The notes under the pieces: model-generated | What the model was told of the DNA's origin: nothing | The model's input: the letters and a program-made list of their open reading frames with translations, nothing else | Database searches by the model: none | Shown: positions 40,578 through 53,700 of the stretch, one piece after another | How positions within the stretch are numbered: position 1 is the first letter of the stretch | Layout: every line of letters begins with the position of its first letter | Translations under genes and position numbers: made by a program | Assembly (NCBI GenBank): GCA_951406725.2 | Contig: OX597819.1 | Span: 6,386,001-6,450,000 of the forward strand | DNA length: 64,000 nt | DNA from: Octopus vulgaris | Lineage: Eukaryota | Direction of reading: 5' to 3'

Positions 40578-41159
40578 ATATATATATTTTCGAAAGCCTG
40601 TTTTGTAATTTGACTTGTTACGTTAATAGAGGTAATGTAAGACAAAAATCTTTAATTAAACATAATAACCTGCATCCTGTAGTCTAAGAACATATAAATA
40701 AACATATATGTTTTAAGATTAGAGTATGTAAGGAATAAGAATGCAGAAGCCATTTAGATTTTCTAGGAAAATTTCCTGGAATTGATGTCTGGAAAACAGA
40801 GCAAAGCGATCCTTTTAGGCACATCTCCCAGGTATTGAGGGGAAATAGGCAAAGGATTACAAACAAGGGCGTGCTTCAGGGTGCAGAGTATTATAACACA
40901 TCTGATGGAGAGGTATAGCCGATTGGAGTGACCTAATTATACAACTGCTATTAATTATTGACCCTGGAAAAATGAAACTCAAAACCAAAGCGTTGGGATT
41001 TGACATAAGAAACATAATCATTATACAAGAATTTACCACAACAATCTATAAACTAATTCGGGAGTGCTAAGACATACGATTGAACTGCTAGAAATAGCAA
41101 CCGAATTCTATCAAATCTCATTTTACTATTCTGAAATAAGCTTATAGGTGTAAGAAAAT

Positions 41160-41491
41160 ATATTCTCATCAATAGGTCTGGAGTTAAAGCACCTGGAAGT
41201 CATAGACAAGGGAGATAACTTGCATCTGGTCCCATTCAGGAGCGATACACAGCGATGTTTCGTCACTTTTGTGACTTGTCAGTACCGCGTAAAGCAAGAT
41301 ATACAATATATATATAAAATATATACAATGTAAGCATATACAGTAAAATTGCTATATACGCTTACATCGGGCCTCATTTTGGGTCCGCAGTATTGGCAAG
41401 TCATAAAAAGGACGAAATATCGATGCTTAACGCTCCCGAATGGACAGTAATCTCCCTTGTCTATGATTTTCAGGTATTTGATGAGAATATA
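41160..41491. repeat. Foldback/MITE-like imperfect inverted repeat
   Basis: atattctcatcaa..gtcatagacaagggagat..tttcgtc..tgacttgtcagta versus tattggcaagtca..gacgaaa..atctcccttgtctatga..ttgatgagaatat. Confidence 0.7.
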
Positions 41492-41574
41492 TGTTCTTGC
41501 ACCTGTAAGCATAGCCTACCCACGAACTAACAAAACATACGTTGAGTATGTGTGTTCGATAGTGTTTATATACC

Positions 41575-41975
41575 AAGGCGACGAGCTGGCAGAAACGTTA
41601 GCACGCCGGGCGAAATGCTAAGCGGTATTTCGTCTGCGTTACGTCGTGAGTTCAAATTCCGCCGAGGTCGACTTTGCCTTTCATCCTTTCGGAGTCGATA
41701 AATTAAGTACCAGTTACGCACTGAGGTCGATGTAATCGACTTAATACCTATGCATGTCCTTGTTTGTCCCCTCTGTGTTTAGACACTTGTGGGTAATAAA
41801 GAAATAGGTATATCGTCTGTCTTTACATTCTGTGTTCAAATTCCAACGAGGTCCACTTTGCCTTTCATCCTTTCGGGGTCGATAAATTAAGTATCAGTTA
41901 CGCACTGGGGTCGATCTAATCGACTGCACCACCTCCCTCAAAATTTCAGGATTTGTGCCTAGAGTAGACAAGGAT
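41575..41975 (+). mobile_element. SINE family A tandem dimer with two different tails
   Basis: Full copy to ~41810, then a second core copy ending in the 2152-type tail (ttgtgcctagagtaga). Confidence 0.85.
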
Positions 41976-42079
41976 ATTGTTTATATGCTTGAAGCTCCTT
42001 CTAATTCATAATTGATATATGTATGTGTGTGTGTGGAGGAGGTGTAGGTGTAGGTGTGGGGGTGCGCTGATCAGCGAGA

Positions 42080-42500
42080 AAGGGTAAAAGATGGGAAGGA
42101 ATTAAAGGTAAATGAAAATATGAGCTGCAAAACCAAAAATCTGATATACTGTATCACATGCTCACGATTCGATGAAAACTATGCTGGAGAATCAAAAGCA
42201 AAATTAACCAACTGTGTAAATGTGCATAGACACCAAATGAAACATCTCTCACTTATAAGCATACCATGCAGCGATCAGGTAGATACGTGTGAACAATGAA
42301 AATTCACAATTTTTTTTCCTTTCATAAGATAAATGAAGAAAGCGACCTACTTCGAAAGGCAAAAGAAGAATATTTCATATGGTCTCTGAATGCGAAACTA
42401 AACCGGAAATAATGGAGTCCTTTACATAAACAACTTCCGATATATACAGTTATAACACGTGCTTGATAACGTTGAGAACTGAAAGCGCTTACACATTTAT
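42080..42500 (+). mobile_element. Penelope-like element 3' fragment (GIY-YIG endonuclease) followed by a degenerate hammerhead
   Basis: MSCKTKNLIYCITC..ENYAGES...VNVHR, LRKAKEEYFI..AKLN; then gtgc TTGATAA cgttgagaact GAA AGCGCT T acac at 42459-42494. Confidence 0.75.
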
Positions 42501-42552
42501 TAAAGCCTACACACAATTCCTGAAATTTCTTCCTAGAGGTTAGTAACATTCT

Positions 42553-42624
<72 letters not shown>

Positions 42625-42682
42625 GTAGGTAGGTAGGTAGGTAGGTAGGTAGGAAGGTAGGGAACCAGACAAAGAGACAGAC

Positions 42683-42716
<34 letters not shown>

Positions 42717-42867
42717 TTTGGTAGGTAGGTATGTAGGTAGGTAGGTACGTAGGTAGGTAGATAGGTATGTAGGTAGGTAAGTAGGTAGGTAGGTAGGTAG
42801 GTAGGTAGGTAGGTAGGTAGGTAGGCAGGCAAGCAGGGAATAGAGAGACAGACAGATAGATAGATAG

Positions 42868-43841
42868 ATTTATTGGCCACACAGGGCTGCACACAGATGG
42901 GACAAGTTACAAGGTAGAGCTTTTCTTTTGGGGGATGAAAAAAACAAAGAAACAAAAAACAAAAGAAACAAAAAAAAGGTGGCGTAGGTTTTCGAGCAAA
43001 AGGGATCGTAAAAGGGAAAAAAGAACAAAAATTAAAATAAAAAAATAAAAAAAGGAAAAGGAACAAAAGAAAAGAGAAATAAAAAAAAGAAGAAAAAAGG
43101 GGAAGAGGAAAAAAAACGATCAATAGGGATCGTGTATCACAGTGTTATGATGTATGGTGTAAAGGGGAAGCAAGTAAGGTTTATCCGTGGGAAGAAAAGC
43201 CTACGAAAAAGACCACGGTAACCTTGGTCAATATTGTTATATGTTACCACATTTGTTTGCAAGTGGGTAACCCTCTGTTTTCAATTTCTGGGTTCATAAG
43301 ATTATGCTCAAGGTGGCTTCGTCATTCATACGTGCCATCCTTGCTACATTCACCCATCTTTTTTTAAAACATTCGCTACACAAAACTTGCCTCTCTACTC
43401 TCACTTTCCTTTTCAAGTGGTACTTGAAGAAGTTGATGAGAGATTGACCAGAGATGAAAGTGTTTGTCTCCAATCCTTTCAGACGCGTCCACCAGATACA
43501 TTCTTTCGCCATAGCCACAAGGATGATGAAAATAGCTCTTCCTTCCCGTTTGAAGGAAGGAGGCGTGACAATATTGACGATAGACTCAGCTGATAAACCG
43601 ACTCGTCCCACACGTGACAGCAGTTGTTCGACATAAGCCCACAGGACGGAAATTGTTGGACACTGCACGATGCGTGCAGAACGGTTTCGTGGCTCTGACC
43701 GCATCTCGGGCAGGTCGGCCCCGTGTTTCTCGAGCTGTGTCTGTAGAGCTTATCCCGAACGGGTAGCGCTTCTCGGTAGCACTGCCAGGCCATGGATCTC
43801 TGGAAGTTGTCCATGGGTCCTGGCCCGAAAGTCGTCTCGAA
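42868..43841 (-). mobile_element. Tx1/L1-type LINE 3' fragment inserted in (GATA)n
   Basis: zf-RVT region [29 protein letters not shown]; T-rich 3' UTR; AATAAA running straight into (TCTA)n; (GATA)n on both sides. Confidence 0.85.
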
Positions 43842-43856
43842 GATAGACAGACAGAC

Positions 43857-44005
<149 letters not shown>

Positions 44006-44379
44006 TAACGCGTAAACAGAGCCTGAAAAATTACTTGGAGATACATTGAATATATACCATAATGGAGAAAGCTGCTACTTAATTAGGTATGTAACAATTA
44101 CTAAAACAACTAAAAGTAAGCAATTATTAAATGGTTGATCGTCTGGAAATATTTTTATAAATTCATGTTCTAAGAAATTTCCTATAATTTTGACTTCTCA
44201 AGTTTAGTGAATTTTTAAACTTCAATTTCTCGCAAATTTAAATATTCATTGCATTCACTGCGGAGTATTCCACTTTGATTTGCAGTCTCTCACTTTCTCT
44301 TTTAAGGTTTCTCTTTTAAAAGTATATTATTAAAATGAATTATCATTTACATAACTCTTTCTTTGAATCAACAATAACT

Positions 44380-44783
44380 TCAGCGTGGAAGATGTTTGTA
44401 TTTCAAAAACACACAAAAACAGTTTCTCTTCAACATTTAAATTTAATTTGTGTCAAAATATTTTCGTCCCTTTCAAACCGAAACCTGTTCACTGACAAAA
44501 CTTCACGAAAGTGATGCAGCACGAAATTTTGTCAGTGAACAGATCGCAGTTTCAAAGCGACGAAAATATTTTTATTATTTTATTATTATCAATATAATAT
44601 TTAAATACTGAAATGTATGGTTAATATTATTAATGTTTAGCAAATGAAATTTAAATGTTGAAGAGAAACTAACTGTTTTTATATGTTCTTGAATGACTTG
44701 CAAACATCATCCATGCTGCAATTGTTTTTGTTTCAGCACACGATCTCAGATCAAGTTACTTGCTATGCAAGTACATCTCCGTA
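44380..44783. mobile_element. Inverted pair of the 12735 family, with a hammerhead-like G3-C8 motif at 44528-44572
   Basis: 44380-44500 minus copy and 44514-44783 plus copy; ttttgtca GTGAACA gatcgc..gcgac GAA AATATT T. Confidence 0.7.
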
Positions 44784-45976
44784 ATCTTTTTAAATCACAG
44801 AGGATAGATAAATACCAGCAATGACCTCCTCAGGTTTTCAAACATTTTAATTTGTAAACAGAATCAATCGGGGCTTGCAAAAGCTCATAATTTCTCAAAA
44901 TTTCTTTTTTATGGTATATAAATGTATTTATGGGGGGGGGACATCAATACATGCGAGAGTGATAAAGAAACGAGGAGGGTGGCCTTCGGATGTGCTAGAA
45001 ACAACAGCCAAACCGCCCTTAAATCACTCACTTTTTCTTCTGAAAATATTAACAATTTCTATTTACCGAAAATACTCTTCCCATGGCTTGCAAACATCAT
45101 CAGCAGACAAAAATTGGCCAAAGTAGGTCTGGAGTGGGATGATGAGGGAAGGAGGGTTGTAAAAAATGAGTTTTAAAAACTATTTTCATATAAAGTTGCA
45201 CCCCCACCAACCCCATCATTTCGAAGCCTGTGGTTTTATAAAAATGGGGAAAATCCACGAAAAATTCTCCCCACAAATTTCTTTATAATCGTAATCTATG
45301 CCTATTGAAAGGGATTTGTATAAATTTTCATTAAAAGTCACCCAATTTTCTGAAATTTAGGAGTGAGAAATGTCAGATCGTGTGAATTTTCAAAAACTCC
45401 TTTCCCCACCGCCTCGGAAAGATTATTTCCCATAAATCCCTATATTCACTGAAGCTAAAACGTCTAAGCAGTATATATTTCCATTTCCATGTTTATTTCA
45501 TTCATTGTTGCAATGTTCTCTCTCCCTCCCCACTCTCTCTCTCTCACGCACACACTGCAAAGCTTACAGCTGGGCTGCTGATTTGAAATCTCTATGCTGC
45601 TTTGTGAGGAAGATAAAACTTGACAAGTTGTTTCTTCTTCTGTTGTTGGACTACCATGATGCTTGTTTAAAACAGAGAGATTATGACTGATAAAATAATG
45701 AAAGCAATATTTACTAAGCAAGTGAGCACTATTGTACAAAGAAATAATTAGACGTAAAATATACAAGTTATTAGAATTGGGAATCAAATGTGAAAATATT
45801 ATCAAGGGGCTAGCAGAAAACCGCCTGGAGGGCGATCTTTCTACTAGTTTTATAAACAAACCTAGTTAGGGTATTATAAATGCATGTAACTATTTGTAGC
45901 TCTCTCGGTTATGTATTCAGTTGTTATACACACACACACATGCATACGTACATGCATATATACATACATGTATATG

Positions 45977-46741
45977 TACGAAGGGTAGTCAAAAATTATC
46001 CGCACTTTTGCCATAACATATCTTTATTCTTGTCACACTGCCTTCTCCACATGCGTACTTATAGTTGGTACTTATGTGTTCACTTTCTCGTAGTTTATGG
46101 CGCCGTTTTTCTTTGTGGCTTTACAGTGTAAGCATGGCCGCCCCACTAGCAATATACACCAAAGAAGAACAAAGAACAGTAATCTGATTTCTCTAGTTGG
46201 AAGGTGTGTTAGATGCTGAAATTCACCGGTGGCTTTTAGCATAATACGGCAACTGTGCACTGCCGAGAAGAAGTGTATATGAGTGGATCGAGAAATTTTA
46301 AAGTGGTCAGACAAGCAAGACGCCCACCACCAATGAGAAGATTCAGCAAGCTCGATCACAAGAGCAAACGTTTTGAGGTCTTCCGTTTACTCGATCGCTA
46401 CAAGAATAAGGGCGAGGAATTTTTGAGCGGAATAGTCACAAAAGATGAAAAGTCGGTCCATTATTTTGAGACAGAGTATGGAGTAGAAACATTCTGAATC
46501 GCCAACGACGAAGAAATTCAAGACTCAGTCTTCTGCGGGTAAGGTGATATTAACCCTTTTTTTGGACCCAAAAGAGCCTATACTGGAAGACTACCTGGAA
46601 AAGGGGTGTACGATCAATAGTGCAAGATACAGTGCTTTGCTGGCCAACAAAATGAAGCCAGCAATTCGCACCAAGCACCAAAGCCTATTGTCGAAGAAGG
46701 TTTTGTTGTTGCATGACAATGCACGCTCATACACAGCTACA

Positions 46742-46742
<1 letters not shown>
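45977..46742 (+). mobile_element. Degenerate mariner (Tc1/mariner) transposon, 3'-truncated
   Basis: TA + CGAAGGGTAGTCAAAA TIR-like start; HTH remnant, IVTKDEKSVHYFE, KKFKTQSSAGKV.LTLF.D, LLHDNARSYTA. Confidence 0.88.
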
Positions 46743-46776
<34 letters not shown>

Positions 46777-47208
46777 CTTGTATGTATATATGCAAGACTG
46801 GTGGGATCATTATTTGTATGGACTTAAAGACTGATCGCTATTTAGTATATAATATAGTTCTTGAAGGTTTACTATTAATACCGATACAGATGTACTTAGA
46901 TTTATGTGTTTCTTCTTGTAGTTTAATTTTAAAGTTAGTCCTGTCTATATTTACATTGAATACTGCTGTACATAGTGTAAATGTGTTTAAAACTTGTTTC
47001 TATCTTTTTTTTTTTGTATGTTTGTCCCCAAACAACACTTCTTTCAGTGCTGTTGCCACTGCCGCATTGGAAGATACTACCCTGGTGTCGAAACCATAAT
47101 GATATCCGTGGGGCAGCTGATGATGGAGGTATATTGGATTGTTGGTATGAGTGTTTTTTGTATAAGTGGAATAGTGCTATAACACATCCTTTTGATAAAT
47201 ATATATAT

Positions 47209-47925
47209 AGCATTATTAAATCTCTGAACGAGATGTAAAGTATAACACCCATCTCAATATGGCTAACCACAAAGGGTGGGTGTTACTGTAGCTTTTGGCC
47301 CACTGGCTTTAGGCACACTATCTGTGCCCTTATGGTATTTGCAAAGGGAGGCCATCCATTTCTCGTAAGCCTAAGTGATACGCACGGACTGCAGTTTCGA
47401 GGTTGTTGCCTCTTGTCAATGGGCGGTAATCACCGGATCACGATGAAATACCTTAAGGGCACAGATAGTGTGCCTAAAGCCAGCTGGAGACGATGATCTC
47501 CTGGGGCTCAAAGCTACAGTATTACCCACCCTTTGTGGTTAGCCATATTGAGATGGTTAGTATACTTTACATTATCGAGCAATTACTGTTTACATCTCGT
47601 TCAGAGATTTAATAATGCTTGCAGACAGTTTTTCGAAATCAGTGACGGAAGTTACTAGAAAAACACATATATATTTGCATACAGGCTTTCCCTTTCATCG
47701 TGATTTGGTGATTACCGCCCGTTGACAAGAGGCAACAACCTCAAAACTGCAGTCCGTACTTATCACTTAGGCTTACGAGAAAGGGATGGCCTCTCTTTGC
47801 AAATACCATAAGGGCACAGATAGTGTGCCTAAAGCCAGCTGGAGACGATGATCTCCTGGGGCCAAAAGCTACAGTAACACCCACCCTTTGTGGTTAGCCA
47901 TATTGATATAGCTATTATACTTTAC

Positions 47926-47930
<5 letters not shown>
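47209..47930. mobile_element. Inverted-plus-tandem 355-bp repeat with U3-A8 hammerheads (retrozyme/Penelope-like)
   Basis: aagggcacagatagtg at 47455 and 47810; 47209-47448 is an inverted copy; hammerheads at 47381-47425 (-) and 47716-47760 (+); ends in (TA)n. Confidence 0.82.
47381..47425 (-). ncRNA. Type I hammerhead ribozyme (U3-A8 variant)
   Basis: cgccca TTGACAA GAGG caacaa CCTC GAA ACTGCAGT C cgtgcg; stem I imperfect. Confidence 0.75.
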
Positions 47931-47963
<33 letters not shown>

Positions 47964-48240
47964 GTTTTTGGAATTGAGCCTCGAAGCACACATAAAATTA
48001 TAAATAATAGTATATAAACACTGGTTTGAAAAACACATTTAATAGAAAAATTTGGAATTTCCTCCTATATGTATGTTTACTTATAGGTGCGTGTGTTTTG
48101 CGTATGTATGTGTTTCTGTCTGTCTATCTGTCTGTCTATATGTCTGTCTGTCTATCTATCTATCTATCAATCTATCTATCTATATACATATATGTGTGTG
48201 TGTGTGTGAGTATGTATGTACATGTATATGTGTGTGTATG

Positions 48241-48310
<70 letters not shown>

Positions 48311-49432
48311 AATATATATATGTATATATATATTTATATATGTGTGTGTGTGTAATAGTCGTGTGTATTTGTGTATTCTCAAAGATAATGCCGCTTTTCA
48401 AATAGAGGACATACCGCTTGAAGCACCATATAAATTGTGATGTAGCATACATTTGAATTAAAAGAATATAGAAATACGATTGGCAAGAGATGTGTTTAGA
48501 TATATTGTTAGACCAATCAGATAATAAATTTTGATGAGTAAGATATTTCAATCGAGAATTTTTAAACAGAAGAGGAACGAAATATTTAAAATTATGCTGT
48601 TGCGTTTCATTTGAAGTATATCTGAAAACTACTGTGTCCTATTTTTTAAAACAAATCTGAAATGTGTACTTCCCAGAAATTGTTCTTAATAATAAATATT
48701 CTAGTCAGTAAGAAAATCTTTTTTCCCGATCGAAGCAGCGTACGAACCAAAAAGTAGTTTCTTAGTGTTTGTATGACACTATATTTTCTATATATGACAA
48801 AAGTAGTTAAACTGCGGCCATGCCTAATGGACGAGTACCCACCACCGAGGAGAAACAATACAGATCAAAACCACGTGGTCTGGTGATCTCGCAGCTAGGG
48901 TGGCAGCAGTTATTTCCCGCTTGCAATAAACATCGAGTGTGAGAAGCGCACTGAATAAATCTTCCTGGGGTTAAATTGGCAGTATCGTTGTCTCTTAGAG
49001 GACAGCCACATTAAAGTGGCCAAGAGCAATACTTTTATAAACATTCTTTTTCTTATTAAATGGGTTTTTGAGTTCATACGTTAACATGAAATTTGAAACC
49101 TGCTATATCAAGCTTGATTCTCTCTATATTTGTATATTATAAAGAATGCAATATTAACGTTTAACTCACAGAGGTACACATACATACTGGGTTCAGCCCC
49201 AAACCTTTACATTCACTCTTATTGAACAGCAAAAACATTGTGCAGTTAAAAAACAGACATTATGCAGTTGTTTAAAATCCTCATAATAACGAAACAACAA
49301 ATGTTGATATATTAGCTACAAGTAGATACCATTACCACCGACCACTAATACCGGTGTAAACTAAGGAACATTATTCCACTTCACCCTGTATGTTTGAGTA
49401 TGTGCGCATGTGTGTGTGTGTGTATGTATGTA

Positions 49433-49474
<42 letters not shown>

Positions 49475-50119
49475 TGTGTGTGTGTGTGTGTAAAACCATT
49501 TGAAATATTTCACTGTTTATTCAAAGATATGTTCAGGTAACATGAAACTGTCGATAAAATTTGGATAAAGTTATGTAAATCCCCTACACACCTTACTTAA
49601 AATGCATAAGTTCTTCAGCAAAGGGGTTTCTATTTGACCGTTATATTAGGATTACCATACATAAACACATTCATACATACATGCATGCATTCATACATAC
49701 ACACACGCACACACTTATCAGTGTGTGTGTGCATTACTTACCTTATAGATTGTTAGCAGAATCGTTGTCGCGCGGCACAAGTATTATTCTTGAACTTAGT
49801 CTTTGGAGTTCTCCTTTCTAATTTTTTCTTGGTTTCTTCAAACTTCAGTTTGTAATGTTTTGGCTTTATGGATATTCAGTTTATGTGACTCCATAATCAC
49901 ATTTGTACTGCTATAAGCCTCCCAGCGTTGACCGGTCAAAACATCCGGCTATATAGGTAAAGTTTACCTTCTCGAGACATGCCGGCTCATAATGATAGAT
50001 AGATAATTAGTCTGTCGAAAAATATTTCGTGAAACTATCTACTACCTCTACGGAACGCCTGTCCGTCGTAGGATTGCTCATTTTTTCCAGCTTCATTGCC
50101 AGAGAAATAAAGTGTTTTG

Positions 50120-50198
50120 AGTCGCCCGGTCGAGGAATCGAAACTACATCTGAAGATCATGAGTCCAACACTCTAACCACAAAGCTGCGTGCCTCTAC
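50120..50198 (-). mobile_element. Diverged SINE family C head
   Basis: cgcccggtcgaggaatcgaaac..gagtcc..ctctaaccac..gcctctac. Confidence 0.55.
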
Positions 50199-51742
50199 TC
50201 ATCGACAAACGAGCTCAGGTTAAAGTATGGAACCTTTTTCCTAAAGCTGTTTCGTCAGGAATCCTTATCATGATCGTAGTTTTCACAAACACATAAACTA
50301 TATTGGCAGTTTTATGAACAATCTTGCGTAGATATATTTCTTACACGAACAGAAACACTTATCGAATGTTTAATTTGATGTTAGCATTGGGATATTTTGT
50401 ACATCCATGCTCGAGAAATATTTTCTTCAATGTAGATTTTTATCAAATTTATTATTCCGCAAGATGTATTTTCCAATTTCAATTATAAAATGTATTTGAA
50501 AGGTTATAATTCAATAAATAGTATATAAGCAAATAATATTTACTTTCATTTTGGCAGATTGATGTTTTATTTATGATATTTTTTAATCAACTTTACATTA
50601 CAACAAGAAATGGAGTTCAGAAGTTTCCGTTATTCTTGTAAGTGTTCTATTATCACACACTGGCTTCTGTGTTAAAACAATAGTTTACATATCTGAAAAC
50701 TCTTTCACTTTCAACTGGTGAAGTTCCATATTGAATTCCATGAGCATTATCCTAACAGAAAATTTGACTGTTTCTGGACTTGGAAAGTAAAAGTTATGGA
50801 GTCAGGGGTTATCAGAAGAGAATGCACACGATTTTCGCGTTGATATACTTTATATGCAAGCCGAAGAGTGATTTGAGCTGAGTGATTTGGATATTTCCAT
50901 TAACTGGTAAAATGTTTACTAAGATATTACTAAGTTAGATGCTTTGTAGAATTTATTCACAACTCTATGGCTTATATACACCTCTTAAACACACATGCAC
51001 AAACACACACACAAGCGCGCGCACGCACATATATTATGTAACCAACGTTGGAAATTTATTATTGTTCCTATTTAATTTACACCTTTTTATCTTAATTTTA
51101 ATTAGCGCTCTCATTACCTGATGATCATTTTGCTATGTTATATCTAAGTGTCTATGTGTTTGTGTGCTTGTGTGTAAGTGAGTGTGTTTCTCTCTGTGAG
51201 CACTGTATTGTGAGCTTGAGGGTATGAGGGTGTGTGTGCGCGTGTGTGTACGTGCGTGTGTGCGTGTGCGTGTGCGTGTGTGTCCAGACTGTGTGTCCAG
51301 GTGAAATACTCATCAAATGACAATGAAATGGTCTTACGTACAGTGCAGATTTTCATGGCAGCATCATTTGTAGTAGGTAAACCCGGCTTGAGTAACTACA
51401 AGTAACGGAAACAAAATAATACAATTCAACTAATCATTCATTAGTTTACTCCTATTTAGTTCACGTTGTCATCAGAGTATTCAGAAGTAATTTATTTGTG
51501 TTCAGAAAATAGAATTCACGATATGTTTAGTAACAAGAAGCGGCAACCGTATGACGAGGGGTTTGCCACAGTCTAAATAAATGTAGACTTAATTGACTAT
51601 GATGATTGCAAAGAGCACTGCATAATGTATAAATTGAATATCTCTCCATACCTATCCCCTTTCTTTACATCTCCCGCTCTCCCTCATTCTCTTTCTCTCG
51701 CTCTCTTTCTCAAACACACACATTTTTCTTTCTTTTTTCTCA

Positions 51743-52155
51743 TTTACTCTTTTACTCTTTTACTTGTTTCAGTCATTTGACTGCGGCCATGCTGGAGCAC
51801 CGCCTTTAATCGAGCAACTCGACCCCGGGACTTATTCTTTTGTAAGCCCAGTACTTATTCTATCGGTCTCTTTTGCCGAACCGCTAAGTAACGGGGACGT
51901 AAACACACCAGCATCGGTTGTCAAGCAATGTTGGGGGGACAAACACAGACACACAAACATACACACATACACATATATATATACATATATACGACGGGCT
52001 TCTTTCAGTTTCCGTCTACCAAATCCACTCACAAGGCATTGGTGGGCCCGTGGCTATAGCAGAAGACACTTGTCCAAGGTGCCACGCAGTGAGACTGAAC
52101 CCGGAACCATGTGGTTGGTTAGCAAGCTACTTACCACACAGCCACTCCTGTGCCT
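51743..52155 (-). mobile_element. SINE family B
   Basis: Full match; a further partial tail lies at ~52330-52500. Confidence 0.9.
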
Positions 52156-52496
52156 TCATTTGTTTAATGAAATCAAGTAGTCTTGCCTGCATGTATGTGT
52201 GTGTGTGTTTGTTGTGTGGCTAAAGAAATTCCTGCCTACGTATGTGCATGGGTGTTTAAGCGTTTTGTGCATTGCACGTGTGTCCATGCACACTTACGTA
52301 AACATACACACAGCCACATACACATATAGTCTTTTATCCCTTTACTCTTTTACTTGTTTCTGTCATTCGACCATGTTGGGACACCACTTTAAAGGGTGTT
52401 AGTCGAAGAAATCGACTTCAGGGCTTATTCTTTGTAAGTGTAGTCTTTATTCTATCGGTCACTAAGGCCGAACCGTGAAGTTACGGGAACACACAC

Positions 52497-52554
<58 letters not shown>

Positions 52555-52564
<10 letters not shown>

Positions 52565-53700
52565 GAAAAGTACAAACTGGGACAAGAACGTAAAACATTT
52601 AGGAGCCGATACAAAAAACACGGACGGGATATTCGAAGCCTTCAATCTTCAGTCAAGAACCGGATCATCCAAGCAATTTCGGCTGATTAATCTTGAGATC
52701 GCTCCGATCCGGCCAGCCCCAAGGAAAAACTAAGCTAAGAGCATTAGATTTCTTGGAAGAAGGATCGAATGTATACGAAACAGGGACAGGAAAACGATAT
52801 ATATATATATATACAAGATAAGAAAATGGAGAAATACATCTAAATCAAATATCAATTACCAGATAATACTCAATCACATACTTTATTAAACCACCACATA
52901 AGAGACTGTAGGGTTAAATATAAAAAGCAGAACAAATCAGTGTACATAAAGGGATGTACATAAAAAAGTGTACATAAAAGAGTAATGTTGTATAATAAGT
53001 AGAATATATATAAAAGAGAATATAAATACAAGTAAATATAAATATAAGTATAAATTAGATCTTACAGCTGTTTCGGCCATGTCTATAATTATGTCTCATT
53101 TTACCAATATTAGCCCTTTATGGTTGGTCAATATATAGATATAAATGAGACATTAACAAAAATATCACAAGGCCTCTTCGGAGATTATGTAATATACCTC
53201 AGTCTACATACATACCCACATGGGTGTGGGTGCGTACTCACAATACAACATATATATATATACATATGAGTGCATATACTCACACTCCTATACATATAAA
53301 AATATACATTTACATAATGATATAAATAAATAATATAAATTAGTAAACATATATATGTGTTCCACACTCAACGTCTCAGTTTTTCGACTTAATATTGTGT
53401 CGAAAAACTGAGACATATTATATGTAGAAAAATACAAACTGGGACAAGAACGTAAAACATTTAGAAGACGATACAAAAAACACGGACGGAACATTCGAAG
53501 CCTTCAATCTTCAGTCAAGAACCGGATCATCCTAGCAATTTCGGCTGATTAATCTTGAGATTGCTCCGATCCGACCAGCCCCAAGGAAAAACTAAGCTAC
53601 GAGCATTAGATTTCTTGGAAGAAGGATCGAATGTATACGAAACAGGGACAGAAAAACGGACGATGCCACACGAATATAAAATACGAAAAACAATAATATA
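52555..53700. repeat. Two direct copies (52555-52797, 53416-53700) of a (TA)n-associated element, homologous to the 62690-64000 array
   Basis: Shared gggacaagaacgt..ttcgaagcct..aatcttcagtca.gaaccggatcatc..tttcggctgattaatc.. Confidence 0.85.
53059..53185 (-). ncRNA. Hammerhead-like motif with a long stem II insertion (U4C)
   Basis: atct CCGAAGA GGCC [~95 nt including hairpin atgtctcattt/aaatgagacat] GGCC GAA ACAGCTGT A agat. Confidence 0.65.
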
